From assembly GCA_009991595.1 (NCBI GenBank), contig JAACVK010000028.1, positions 4,137 to 68,136 of the forward strand: DNA of 64,000 nucleotides. Reading direction: 5' to 3'. The notes beneath the pieces are model-generated. The model ran no database searches and had not been told where the DNA came from. It worked only from the letters and a program-made list of their open reading frames with translations. The translations under genes were made by a program, and so were the position numbers. The stretch is from a bacterium (lineage in GTDB: Bacteria; Bdellovibrionota; UBA2428). Below, one piece after another: positions 9,506 to 18,496 of this stretch (position 1 is the first letter of the stretch; every line of letters begins with the position of its first letter).

Positions 9506-10546
9506 ATGAAACGTCCAGCAATGATTCTTACAGCGGTTTTCACTCTTGCTTTATTTGCGTCTTGTACAGGCAAAAAAGCAGACATTGTAACTCCGCTTTC
9601 CGATAACAGCGTCATCATCAAATACGAAGGTGGAACCGTCACAGCTAAAGACGTTACTGAATTCGTAGAGGCTCGCCTAAAGAGTCTTAATGAAGAAGCC
9701 GTGGAGCTTTATCAAAGAAGCGCCGAGCATGTTTTGCTTAACAAGCTATTAAAAGCGGAAGCCGAGAAACAAGGCGTTGGCTCTCCAGAAGAGTTGATGG
9801 CTAAAGCTACGAACAACGTAACTGTCAGCGACGAAAAGATTGCTGCCTTCATCAAAGAGAACAATCTTGAAAAGGGCTACAAAGATCCTGTTACCGGAAA
9901 AACGCGAAAAATCACAAAAGAAGAAATTCGTGGCTACTTAACTCAACAAGAGAGACAGTCTGCACGTGATTTGTTTATGCAGGGGCTAATGGCTTCTGCA
10001 AAGGTTAAAGTCATGCTTGAAGAGCCGCGTGTTGAAATCAAAACACCCAAAGACGCTCCAATCCTTGGCAACCCTAAAGCCAAAGTAGTGATTCACGAAT
10101 TCAGTGATTTCCAATGCCCATTTTGCTCGAGAGCAAAAGCAAGCGTGGATCAAATTCACCAACACTATGGCGACAAGGTAGCTATTGTTTTTCACCACTT
10201 ACCACTTCCAAGTCACCCTGCTGCAACACCTGCAGCCATTGCTTCTAACTGTGCTAACAAGCAAGAGAAGTTCTGGGGATTTCACGACAAGGCTTTTGAA
10301 AATCAAAGAGACCTTAGCGACGAGAACTTCAAGAAATGGGCTAAAGAGCTTGGCCTAGACATGGCCGCTTTTGAAGCTTGCATTGCAGACCCCAAAATGG
10401 CTGAAGCCGTTGAAGAGTCTAAAAAGTATGCTGAAAGCCTCGGAGTGAACTCCACTCCAACTTTTTACGTAAATGGTAAAAAGGTAGCAGGAGCTCAGCC
10501 ATTCCAACAATTCCAACGTATCATTGATGCAGAACTAGGTCTGTGA
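9506..10546 (+). CDS. DsbA-family thiol:disulfide oxidoreductase lipoprotein with N-terminal SurA-like/chaperone domain
   Basis: CPFC (CxxC) active site in a thioredoxin-fold C-domain. The ATG at 9506 is preceded by AAGGAGA and starts a lipoprotein signal (LALFASC). The track ORF start at 9443 is probably UTR. Confidence 0.75.
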   Translation: MKRPAMILTAVFTLALFASCTGKKADIVTPLSDNSVIIKYEGGTVTAKDVTEFVEARLKSLNEEAVELYQRSAEHVLLNKLLKAEAEKQGVGSPEELMAKATNNVTVSDEKIAAFIKENNLEKGYKDPVTGKTRKITKEEIRGYLTQQERQSARDLFMQGLMASAKVKVMLEEPRVEIKTPKDAPILGNPKAKVVIHEFSDFQCPFCSRAKASVDQIHQHYGDKVAIVFHHLPLPSHPAATPAAIASNCANKQEKFWGFHDKAFENQRDLSDENFKKWAKELGLDMAAFEACIADPKMAEAVEESKKYAESLGVNSTPTFYVNGKKVAGAQPFQQFQRIIDAELGL

Positions 10547-11193
10547 GCGATCTTCGAAGCGGACTTTTTGTCAGTTTCGAAGGGGGCGAAGGCACAGGCA
10601 AGAGCACCCAAATCAAACTCTTAGCGGAGGCCCTTGAAAAACAAGGGCACTCCGCTTTGCTTAGCTGGGAACCCGGAGGAACACCTCTAGGACAGAAAAT
10701 CCGAAGCCTTTTGATTGAACCCAGCGAAGATCCAATGTCTGCTCGCTGTGAAGCACTTCTTTATGCGGCCGCGCGAGCTGAGCACGTCGACAAAAAAATC
10801 AAACCGGCGCTAAAGGCTGGCAAGCTCGTTCTTTGCGATCGATTCATAGATGCCTCTCGAGCCTATCAAGGCTGGGCTAGGGGCCTTGGAGAGGCTCCCA
10901 TTACCGATATCAGCCTTTGGGCAACCGAGGGCATACTGCCCGACAGAGTCTACGTTTTCGACCTTGACCCAAACATTGGCCTGGAACGGGTCAAAGCCCG
11001 GCAGGGTGGAAAACTCGATAGAATCGAAGCGGCTGGGCTTGAATTTCATAGTAATATTCGCAAATCCTACCTCAGGCAGGCCTCAAAAGACCCCTTGAGA
11101 TACAAAGTCATCGATGCCTCGCAAAAGCTGGAAAGAGTTAGCGAAATGCTGCTAGAAGATTGTACTCAATGGTTGAAAAGCAAAATAGTTTAG
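10543..11193 (+). CDS. tmk: thymidylate kinase
   Basis: 216 aa. P-loop FEGGEGTGKSTQ. DRF/LID region typical of Tmk. Confidence 0.85.
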   Translation: MSDLRSGLFVSFEGGEGTGKSTQIKLLAEALEKQGHSALLSWEPGGTPLGQKIRSLLIEPSEDPMSARCEALLYAAARAEHVDKKIKPALKAGKLVLCDRFIDASRAYQGWARGLGEAPITDISLWATEGILPDRVYVFDLDPNIGLERVKARQGGKLDRIEAAGLEFHSNIRKSYLRQASKDPLRYKVIDASQKLERVSEMLLEDCTQWLKSKIV

Positions 11194-12041
11194 CCCACAA
11201 ACTTATGGGAGCTTATGATCGAGGCAGACTCGGTCATGCGCTTATTCTAAAAGTTTTAGGGCCCCATCAACTGGACGCTCAACACAACGACTTCTACTCT
11301 ATCCTAGAGACTCTGCAATGCAGCCAAAGATCTACAGGAGAAATGTCCTGCGGAACCTGCGACTCTTGTCGCCTGTTAAGACTTCGTCGAAACGACCCAG
11401 AAATCGCGCACCCGGATGCATTTTGGCTAGAACCCAAGAATGAAAATGGATACGCCGTTGAACAAATTCGCGAGCTCTCTAGATTTCTTTCCCTTAAAGG
11501 GAATTTATCTGCCAATCGGGTAATTTGGATCAATCAAGCAGAAAAACTCTTCGCCTCACAAGGGGCCGCTGCCAATGCTCTTTTAAAGATTCTCGAGGAA
11601 CCTCGCCCCAACTGCTTTCTACTTTTAACCTCTAAACAGCCCGAACTTTTAATGGCCACCATTCGCTCCAGATGCCATCAGTATGTTTTAGAAGCTCAAT
11701 CCTCTGAGGCTCTTGAAATTTCACAAGAATGGTCAGAGCTAGAAAGTTGGATCAAAGCGGGCGCCCCCGAAAAGGCTCCCTTTGCCTGTCCCTGTGACGA
11801 AGAGAGTTTCTGGAAAGACCGTAAAAAAGCTCTCGAAGAAATCTCTATGATTCAAGGACTTTTGTGGCAGAACTCTAAAGGACTCTTTCATCAATTCGAC
11901 CATCAACAGGCTCGTCGAGTGCTCGATTTTTTTAAGGGATTGGAACGATTTGTTTTATCTTTGCGTTCCTATTCCAACGCCACCCTTCAGTGGTTAAACT
12001 TTAAGATAGAAGCAAGACAAGGACTACTATGGAAACAATAG
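11160..12041 (+). CDS. holB: DNA polymerase III delta-prime subunit
   Basis: 293 aa. GHALIL (no Walker-A lysine), zinc module CGTCDSC, ANALLKILEEP, TIRSRC. Sits in the conserved tmk-holB position. Confidence 0.8.
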   Translation: MYSMVEKQNSLAHKLMGAYDRGRLGHALILKVLGPHQLDAQHNDFYSILETLQCSQRSTGEMSCGTCDSCRLLRLRRNDPEIAHPDAFWLEPKNENGYAVEQIRELSRFLSLKGNLSANRVIWINQAEKLFASQGAAANALLKILEEPRPNCFLLLTSKQPELLMATIRSRCHQYVLEAQSSEALEISQEWSELESWIKAGAPEKAPFACPCDEESFWKDRKKALEEISMIQGLLWQNSKGLFHQFDHQQARRVLDFFKGLERFVLSLRSYSNATLQWLNFKIEARQGLLWKQ

Positions 12042-12904
12042 AAGTTGTAAGAATTAAATTTCAATGGCCGGGACGAATGTATGAATTCGCCAATGTTCAC
12101 GAACTCCCCATCAAACGAAAAGACCTCGTGGTTGTTCAAACTCAAAGAGGAGGCATCAAAGTCGGGCAGGTAAGCGTTCCTCCTAGAATTCGCGAAAAAC
12201 GAAAAGACGACGAAAAAATGCGCTCCGTTATTAGAATTGCAAACGAACAAGACGTTCGTTTGGAAAAAACTACAGATGAATTTCGCTCCGAGGTAAAACG
12301 CTTTTTTCATACTCGCCTGGCTGGACGCGAAGTCCCCGGAGTAAAAATGGTTGATTGTGAGAAATCTGAGGGTGGGCTTGGACTGACTGTCTTTTACAGC
12401 AGCGAAAACAAGCGCTTTGATTACAAAGGAATGTCCAAAGACATCGGACAAAAGTTCGGAATGAAAGTCGACTTACGATCGGTTGGAATTCGTGATGCAG
12501 CAAGATTATCTGGCGGAATCGGCAGGTGTGGACTCAGCACTTGTTGCAGCACCTGGATTCCCGACTTCAACCCCGTGAGCATTCGTATGGCCAAAGATCA
12601 GGGCCTGTCTTTAGACCCTGATAGCATCAACGGACAATGCGGACGGCTCTTGTGTTGCCTAGGCTACGAACATGAGAACTATGTTGAACTGGCAAAAACG
12701 ATGCCTAAGATGGGCAAATTTGTAGTCACCCCCGACGGAGAAGGCAAAGTTGTTAAACTAGACATCCTTAAGGGAATGGTTGCTGTTCGAGGTGAAGGCG
12801 GTGCGGTGGAGACCTATCCATCCAGCGAAGTTACTAGAAAATTCGCGCCCAATAATCCAGGCCCTGACGACAAAGGACAGCGTCACCCTAAAGACCGAGA
12901 ATAG
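12029..12904 (+). CDS. PSP1 C-terminal domain protein (YaaT/RicT-like)
   Basis: 291 aa. Cys clusters CGLSTCCSTW and CGRLLCC characteristic of the PSP1/RicT family. Conserved position after holB. Confidence 0.75.
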   Translation: METIEVVRIKFQWPGRMYEFANVHELPIKRKDLVVVQTQRGGIKVGQVSVPPRIREKRKDDEKMRSVIRIANEQDVRLEKTTDEFRSEVKRFFHTRLAGREVPGVKMVDCEKSEGGLGLTVFYSSENKRFDYKGMSKDIGQKFGMKVDLRSVGIRDAARLSGGIGRCGLSTCCSTWIPDFNPVSIRMAKDQGLSLDPDSINGQCGRLLCCLGYEHENYVELAKTMPKMGKFVVTPDGEGKVVKLDILKGMVAVRGEGGAVETYPSSEVTRKFAPNNPGPDDKGQRHPKDRE

Positions 12905-12911
12905 ACTTTTT

Positions 12912-13700
12912 ATGAAGCTTTTTGATACTCACTCCCATTTGGCTGGTGAAGATCTAAAAGAAAAGGCGTTTGATTTAATCGATTTGGCGGAAAAGTCTCA
13001 GGTTCATGGGTTAAGCTTTATTGCAGCCGATGAAGCGAGCCTTAAAAACTGCCAAAATCTTTGTGAGCAGGCTCGAGTTAGATATCCACATCTCAACTTT
13101 ATTTGGAGTGCGGGCATCCACCCGCACGATGCAAAATCACTGAGTCCCTCGCTACGTGATTTAGTCGAAAAAGGCGCCCAGAGTGCGAACGCAATTGGCG
13201 AAACGGGTTTAGATTTTTTTTACGACTATTCAGAAAGAGATATTCAAGACAGCGCCTTTCGCTTTCACATACAATTAGCAAAGAAACTTTCAAAGCCTTT
13301 GGTCATTCACTGTAGAAACAGTGCCAAGGAAATTCTTGAAACTCTCGATGGAGAAAAAATAAAAGAACATTCTGATCCAGGAATACTCCATTGCTTTGCC
13401 GAGAACGACGAAATGGCAAAGGCTTTTTTAGACAGAGGCCTCCACATTTCTTTCTCTGGAATTTTAACCTTTAAGAACGCTAACTCACTGCGCGAGACCG
13501 CTAAATGGATTCCTCTTGATCGCCTACTCATTGAAACCGACGCTCCGTATCTTGCGCCTGTTCCTAACCGTGGGAAAGAAAATCAACCTGCATTTGTTTT
13601 AAATACCTTTGAAACCCTAGCAGCGATTCGTCCTGAAAAAAGAGAAGTGCTCGCCGACCAATTGTGGCAAAATTCGTGTAAACTTTTTAAAGTAACATGA
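12912..13700 (+). CDS. tatD: TatD-family metal-dependent hydrolase/DNase
   Basis: N-terminal MKLFDTHSHL and a DAPYL-type motif (ETDAPYLAP). The ATG at 12912 is chosen because the track ORF start at 12780 would overlap the PSP1 gene by about 125 bp. Confidence 0.8.
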   Translation: MKLFDTHSHLAGEDLKEKAFDLIDLAEKSQVHGLSFIAADEASLKNCQNLCEQARVRYPHLNFIWSAGIHPHDAKSLSPSLRDLVEKGAQSANAIGETGLDFFYDYSERDIQDSAFRFHIQLAKKLSKPLVIHCRNSAKEILETLDGEKIKEHSDPGILHCFAENDEMAKAFLDRGLHISFSGILTFKNANSLRETAKWIPLDRLLIETDAPYLAPVPNRGKENQPAFVLNTFETLAAIRPEKREVLADQLWQNSCKLFKVT

Positions 13701-14680
13701 ACTTAGAGACCAGCACCCCCTCTTTTGAATTCGAAAATAAAATTCAGCGTGTATTTATCATTGGTGTTTCTAGCTACATTGGTTCGGCTTTAGCCATCCA
13801 CTTGCGTGATGACTTTGAGGTCTTTGGAACATACTTCACTACCCCCACGCGCATTGATGGAGTGACCAGCCTCCCGCTGGACTGCTACGATGGAAACGAA
13901 ATTCTTGCTCAAAACAAACGATACTCACCAGACGCCATCATTTTTTGCGCTGGTTTTAATGACAAAGTTCGTTGCCAGCTTGAGCCTGGAAAGGCTGAGG
14001 CTCTTAACTTTAACGCCGCAGCTATATTTTTCAAACTTCTAGCATCTAAGATGCGCTTCATATACTTTTCTACTGATGAAATTTTCGCTGGCGATCCATC
14101 TAATGCGGGGCCCTTTAGCGAACAGGACACTGCTTCACCAAGTAGTGTTTGGGCTAAGACTAAATTCCAAGGTGAAAGCCTAGCGACCCATCACAAAGCC
14201 TTCACGGCAACGTTTCGCCTTGGCAAAGTCTACGGAGAGACCATGGGGTGTCCTCTCTATCCTAAACAAAATTGGATCAATTCAGTATCAAAGCAACTTA
14301 TCGAAGGTGAGGAGGTTCCTGCTAGAATCAATCAAATCCGTAGTTACACTTATATTGGTGACATTGCTCGCTCTGTTAAAAACTATTTAAATGCCCACAA
14401 CAAACCGACTGCTCTTTACAACTTGGCTTCTACCAAGAGTTATTCAGAACACGACTTTATCTCCGCCTACGCCCAAACCTTCAAGCTAGACACCAATCTT
14501 ATAAAGAAAACAAAATACACACCGCCCTTACCCAGAGAGGGTTACCCGGAACCTTTAAATTGCAGTCTAAACTCTGGTGCCATCAAGGACATTTATAACT
14601 TTGTCCCGCAGAATGCCGAAGAAGGACTCTTGGAATTAAAGAATCGTTTGCATCAAGGCTGGACTAAAAAATGGAGCTAA
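13697..14680 (+). CDS. NAD(P)-dependent epimerase/reductase-like protein (RmlD-like Rossmann fold, possibly non-canonical)
   Basis: 327 aa. N-terminal VFIIGVSSYIGSAL dinucleotide-binding-like segment, and WAKTKFQGE aligning to the RmlD YGKTKLAGE catalytic region. Confidence 0.5.
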   Translation: MNLETSTPSFEFENKIQRVFIIGVSSYIGSALAIHLRDDFEVFGTYFTTPTRIDGVTSLPLDCYDGNEILAQNKRYSPDAIIFCAGFNDKVRCQLEPGKAEALNFNAAAIFFKLLASKMRFIYFSTDEIFAGDPSNAGPFSEQDTASPSSVWAKTKFQGESLATHHKAFTATFRLGKVYGETMGCPLYPKQNWINSVSKQLIEGEEVPARINQIRSYTYIGDIARSVKNYLNAHNKPTALYNLASTKSYSEHDFISAYAQTFKLDTNLIKKTKYTPPLPREGYPEPLNCSLNSGAIKDIYNFVPQNAEEGLLELKNRLHQGWTKKWS

Positions 14681-14691
14681 AAAGTTAAAAC

Positions 14692-15459
14692 TCAACGATA
14701 GCTTTGCTGAACAAATTCAGAAAAGAAAAATCGAACAACATCGCTCTTTTCCAAACGTTCTCCGCGATAGCTCCAGTAAAGCTGATCGAGAGCACCCCAA
14801 GAGGCTTGAATTTCAAAGACTGGTTTGCGTCCAGGAGCAAAGAGGTCTCCTAGGTATTGATTAAAAGCAAAGAATATTTTTCCAGCTTGCTGAGCTGAAA
14901 CAATCAGCTTCACCGAATTTCGGTAAAGCATAAAATCATGTTCCGTGCGTGAAACCTTGTAAACATGCACATGATGAGCGGCCGACTGACGGCTAGAATT
15001 AAAAACTTCTGCGTTTTCTCGAATGTTCTTTTGCAAAGAGGTCATGAACTCAGCCGTTTTGGCCTTTAAGAGTTCGTGCTTGCGGTAGCTGTTGTGATAA
15101 TCAACACTTCCTTCACGATCCATCCTTCTTTCTTCGAGAGCAAGATGAATAGCCCATTTCGAATCTGAAACCTTTGATTGAACAATTCCCTCACGAAGAG
15201 GCATTAAAGCCGAGTCAGCAATGAGTTTCTTGTTTTTAAAGCTTGTTTTTTCTTGAAGCGGAACTGGTTTAGAAAGATCGATAGAATTCCAAGAGGCTTT
15301 TTGGGGTGGGCTGCTATTTTCGCTTGCTGGCCTTGGGTCAGACCACTCACGAAGGGAAGACGAAGACGTATCTACTTGCTCAGCCCCAGGGCCTGAAGCA
15401 TTTTGATCGATTCTAAAGTCTCTCAAATTTCCGAAATTTGAGCTTAAATCCCTGCTCAT
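14692..15459 (-). CDS. hypothetical protein (disordered N-terminus)
   Basis: 255 aa ORF convergent with the upstream gene. No recognisable motif. Confidence 0.45.
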   Translation of the reverse strand: MSRDLSSNFGNLRDFRIDQNASGPGAEQVDTSSSSLREWSDPRPASENSSPPQKASWNSIDLSKPVPLQEKTSFKNKKLIADSALMPLREGIVQSKVSDSKWAIHLALEERRMDREGSVDYHNSYRKHELLKAKTAEFMTSLQKNIRENAEVFNSSRQSAAHHVHVYKVSRTEHDFMLYRNSVKLIVSAQQAGKIFFAFNQYLGDLFAPGRKPVFEIQASWGALDQLYWSYRGERLEKSDVVRFFFSEFVQQSYR

Positions 15460-15797
15460 CTACTTCAAGTCTAAGACTCTATGCCCCATAATTACAAGAC
15501 AAAAGAATGGCAGGGAACCGTCTCGGCCGACACAAGGAGCTCATTTTGACCTCAAAAATTGAGGTGGGCGTCCTAGAAACCCACATAATGGGCCTCAAAT
15601 GCAGATATAAGGCTTCCAGCCTGTAAAAACCGGCCGGCATGCACACCATCTGCAGGCAGGACTCCCTTTCTTAAAACATAGGACAAAATGTGATCGTCCT
15701 TAAGAAAACCGCACCAGACAGTTTTCCCTGCCTACTTCTACAGTATATACCCAACAGGTCTTGCACTCAGAAGAAAAATCCATGAAACTAACGTTAG

Positions 15798-16895
15798 ATG
15801 TCTAAGTCCGTGAAATCTTCGGCAAAAATTCTGTTAGCAGATGACTCTGTCACTATGCATCGAGCCGTCAGTTTAGGCTTGAAAAAGGAACCTTTTGAGG
15901 TTCTGTATTGTGACAACGGTCAGGATGCTCTCAGACTCACTAGGGAACACCGACCACTCATTGTATTGGCAGACCTTGATATGCCAGGCATGACGGGAGC
16001 AGAGCTTTGTAATGTTATTAAAAAAGATCCTGATCTTTCTAATGACATAAAAGTTATTTTACTCTGCGGATCTTTTGATCAGATCGACGAAAAAGAAGTC
16101 GAAAAAATTCCTGCCGACGCCCGACTATGGAAACCGTTTGAATCTCATGTCTTGGTTTCTATGATCAACACGCTCTTAAAAATCTCTCCCAAGCAAAGTG
16201 CAGAAGCTACGGCTCAGATGTCACGACCATCTAGCCCTACAATGAACATTCAAAGACCTGCCGAAGAAACCGAAGACATCTCGAGCGATTCTTTGATGCC
16301 CATGGCAGACAGTATGGCCAATGCCGCAACTTCACAGTTCAAGGCACCTGAAATTGACTCTCCAAATGAGCCTACAGCGCAAATGCCTTTCCAGACTCCA
16401 CCTCCTAGAACACCTCCACTGCCTCCGCCGCCGCCACCTATAGCGCAATCTAGGACGCCTGAGATGACTGCCCCCCTTAAAAATGAAGATGTCATCCGCG
16501 ACAATCTTTGGAGTAGTGATTACGACCAAATGGAAACAGGGAGCAACATTCGCGAAAAAACCACTGAAGAAAAGCAACCAAACTTCGCTCAAGAAGGCGA
16601 AGATTCGGAATTCGGCCCTGACTTTGAATTAGTAGGGACCCCAAAAAGCATTGCTTCCCATGTTTCAAATTTCATGGACCCACCCCCTGCACAGGCTAAA
16701 GAAAACACTGAATCTTTTGAAGGCTTTGCTTCGGACAATAGTTCTCCTGGAAACATAGCAGGGTTCAATGAGAATGATGTGCGCGAAATTGTTCGCGAAG
16801 AAATTCAAAAAGCTTTTAATAGCTATTTGAAAGACGGTTTAGAGCGCAGACTTCGAGATGTAATTTCTCAAATTGAAAAAAGCTCTAAGTCATAA
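15798..16895 (+). CDS. CheY-like response regulator receiver with long Pro/acidic low-complexity C-terminal tail
   Basis: N-terminal REC domain with acidic pair LLADDS, phospho-acceptor VLADLDMPGMTG and conserved K (WKPF). The remaining residues (about 235 aa) are disordered, including a PPLPPPPPP run. Confidence 0.7.
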   Translation: MSKSVKSSAKILLADDSVTMHRAVSLGLKKEPFEVLYCDNGQDALRLTREHRPLIVLADLDMPGMTGAELCNVIKKDPDLSNDIKVILLCGSFDQIDEKEVEKIPADARLWKPFESHVLVSMINTLLKISPKQSAEATAQMSRPSSPTMNIQRPAEETEDISSDSLMPMADSMANAATSQFKAPEIDSPNEPTAQMPFQTPPPRTPPLPPPPPPIAQSRTPEMTAPLKNEDVIRDNLWSSDYDQMETGSNIREKTTEEKQPNFAQEGEDSEFGPDFELVGTPKSIASHVSNFMDPPPAQAKENTESFEGFASDNSSPGNIAGFNENDVREIVREEIQKAFNSYLKDGLERRLRDVISQIEKSSKS

Positions 16896-16909
16896 AGTTT
16901 GGACATTCT

Positions 16910-17650
16910 GTGACTTTTAAAATTGGAAAGTCTATTGAATTAGATACCTGCGCTAGCACTCAAGAAGAAGCTTTGAAGCTGCTTCGGCAATCAAAAGATT
17001 TGAAGTCACTCTATTGGGTTCGAGCTAACACTCAAAGCCAAGGGCGCGGCAGACAAGGTAGAGTCTGGCTTAATTCGGAGGATTCTCTTTTGTGTTCGGT
17101 GGCGCTTGAATGGCCCAAAGACAAGGAGCTGCCAGCATGGATTAGCCTAATGGCAGGGTGGGCGCTCTTTGAAAGCGTCTCCTCATTAGCAAGAATCGGC
17201 CAAAGCGAACTTTTTTTAAAGTGGCCCAATGATCTATGCGTGACCAAAGAAGAGCAAAACTTTAAACTTGCCGGCGTCCTGTGCGAACGAAAATCAAACA
17301 AACTTTGTATTGGCTGGGGATTAAACATTAAAGGACAACCTTCACACGAAAAAAGTATTTCTTTAGACGATATTTTAAAGAGCTCTGTAGATAAATTGAT
17401 CTTATACAGCCACTTACAAGAAAACTTTCACAAACTTCTTGAGCAGATTTTGAGCGATGAAGATCAGGGGCAAAACTTAATTTTTCACAAGATCTGCTCG
17501 GTGGGAATGAAACATTTCTGGGGAAAGGCACTGCTCTTCAATAAAAGCATAGAGGGAACAGCTCAATCCTTGAAGCCAGATGGAAGCCTTGTCATAAGGA
17601 ATGCTACTGGCAAGCTCGAAACGATTTCTTCTGGAGAAGTGACCCTCTAG
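16910..17650 (+). CDS. birA: biotin--[acetyl-CoA-carboxylase] ligase (group I, no HTH)
   Basis: 246 aa. Biotin-binding motif QSQGRGRQGRVW and KWPNDL. Confidence 0.8.
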   Translation: MTFKIGKSIELDTCASTQEEALKLLRQSKDLKSLYWVRANTQSQGRGRQGRVWLNSEDSLLCSVALEWPKDKELPAWISLMAGWALFESVSSLARIGQSELFLKWPNDLCVTKEEQNFKLAGVLCERKSNKLCIGWGLNIKGQPSHEKSISLDDILKSSVDKLILYSHLQENFHKLLEQILSDEDQGQNLIFHKICSVGMKHFWGKALLFNKSIEGTAQSLKPDGSLVIRNATGKLETISSGEVTL

Positions 17651-17719
17651 GCGCTTGGATACATCGGGACCGGGTGGTTTTATCTTCAACCACCCTGTCC
17701 CGATGTATCCAAGCGCCTA
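17648..17719. repeat. 72-nt near-perfect palindrome (30-bp stem with 29/30 pairs, 12-nt loop) starting at the birA stop codon
   Basis: Read directly. 17648-17677 pairs with 17690-17719, with a single mismatch at 17671/17696. The loop is TTTTATCTTCAA. No U-tract follows. Confidence 0.8.
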
Positions 17720-17900
17720 AGCCTAGGCTTTAAGCTCCTGAAATTTTGTAGTTTTACCGTAAATTGTTAAGCTAGTGTTAAGATTCTAGACAATTCTCGT
17801 TTTCAATAAATCATGTAAAGAACTGTTTTTACGAAGCTTTTAAAGATCGAAGCTTTTGGCACACTCAATGCAATCTCTGTAGTGAATAGGAGAGTTGTAA

Positions 17901-18398
17901 ATGAGAGAGTTGAAATTTTTGAAGGTATTTACCATAGGCTTATTAGCCTTAACTGTAATGATTGGTTGTGGAAAAAAGAAAAACAACAACGATAACAATC
18001 AACCGCCACCACCGCCGGTAAACGGCCAACCAAACCGAGATAACAGAGTAGGGCACCCAGGGTATCCTGAGTATGACATCAATTCGCGCCCCGTATTGAT
18101 TAGGATTCATAACTTTTCAAACGGTGACACAAGAACTGAATGCCTGAACTATCAAAACCAAGACGTCCCTTGTGGAGACGTATTTCGTTTAGCTGGAATT
18201 CAGCCAAACCAATACCTTCCGTTTCAAGAGATTTATTTGGACCAAATGGGTTATGGACAACAATACCAAAACCAATATTCTGGTTGGCAACAATATGACA
18301 ACCGTTACGGATATCCCACTTATCCCGGCGGAACAATCTATCCTCAACAGAATGGATTGCGCTTCCAGGCTAACGTTCAAGGCTACTACGGAAACTAA
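17901..18398 (+). CDS. Q/N/Y/G/P-rich low-complexity lipoprotein
   Basis: 165 aa. Signal peptide with lipobox MIGCG, then NNNDNNQPPPPPVNGQP and a Q/N/Y-rich C-region (QQYQNQYSGWQQYDNRYGYPTYPGG). Confidence 0.55.
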   Translation: MRELKFLKVFTIGLLALTVMIGCGKKKNNNDNNQPPPPPVNGQPNRDNRVGHPGYPEYDINSRPVLIRIHNFSNGDTRTECLNYQNQDVPCGDVFRLAGIQPNQYLPFQEIYLDQMGYGQQYQNQYSGWQQYDNRYGYPTYPGGTIYPQQNGLRFQANVQGYYGN

Positions 18399-18438
18399 AA
18401 CTAAAGTTTAACAACTCTTTGATTATCGTGTAATAAAG

Positions 18439-18496
18439 ATCCATGGGACGTCACCGCAACCAACAAATTGGAAGCGAAGAAAGACGTCCCATGGAT
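18439..18496. promoter_or_regulatory. 14-bp perfect inverted repeat ATCCATGGGACGTC / GACGTCCCATGGAT with 30-nt spacer spanning both candidate trmL start codons
   Basis: Read directly. Arms are 18439-18452 and 18483-18496. ATG 18443 and ATG 18491 each lie inside an arm. Confidence 0.6.

Noticed and set aside
12780-12911. Upstream extension of the tatD ORF
   Set aside because: It overlaps the PSP1 gene by about 125 bp. The conserved TatD N-terminus MKLFDTHSHL starts at 12912.
16380-16460. CCG/CCT/CCA codon run resembling a simple-sequence repeat
   Set aside because: It is in-frame proline-coding low complexity within a CDS, not a non-coding microsatellite or CRISPR-like repeat. No spacer/repeat periodicity found anywhere in the window.
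16250-16592. Antisense ORFs 16250..16504 and 16332..16592 (G/R/W-rich) inside the response-regulator gene
   Set aside because: They mirror the proline-codon runs (CCGCCGCC) of the sense strand. Shadow ORFs.
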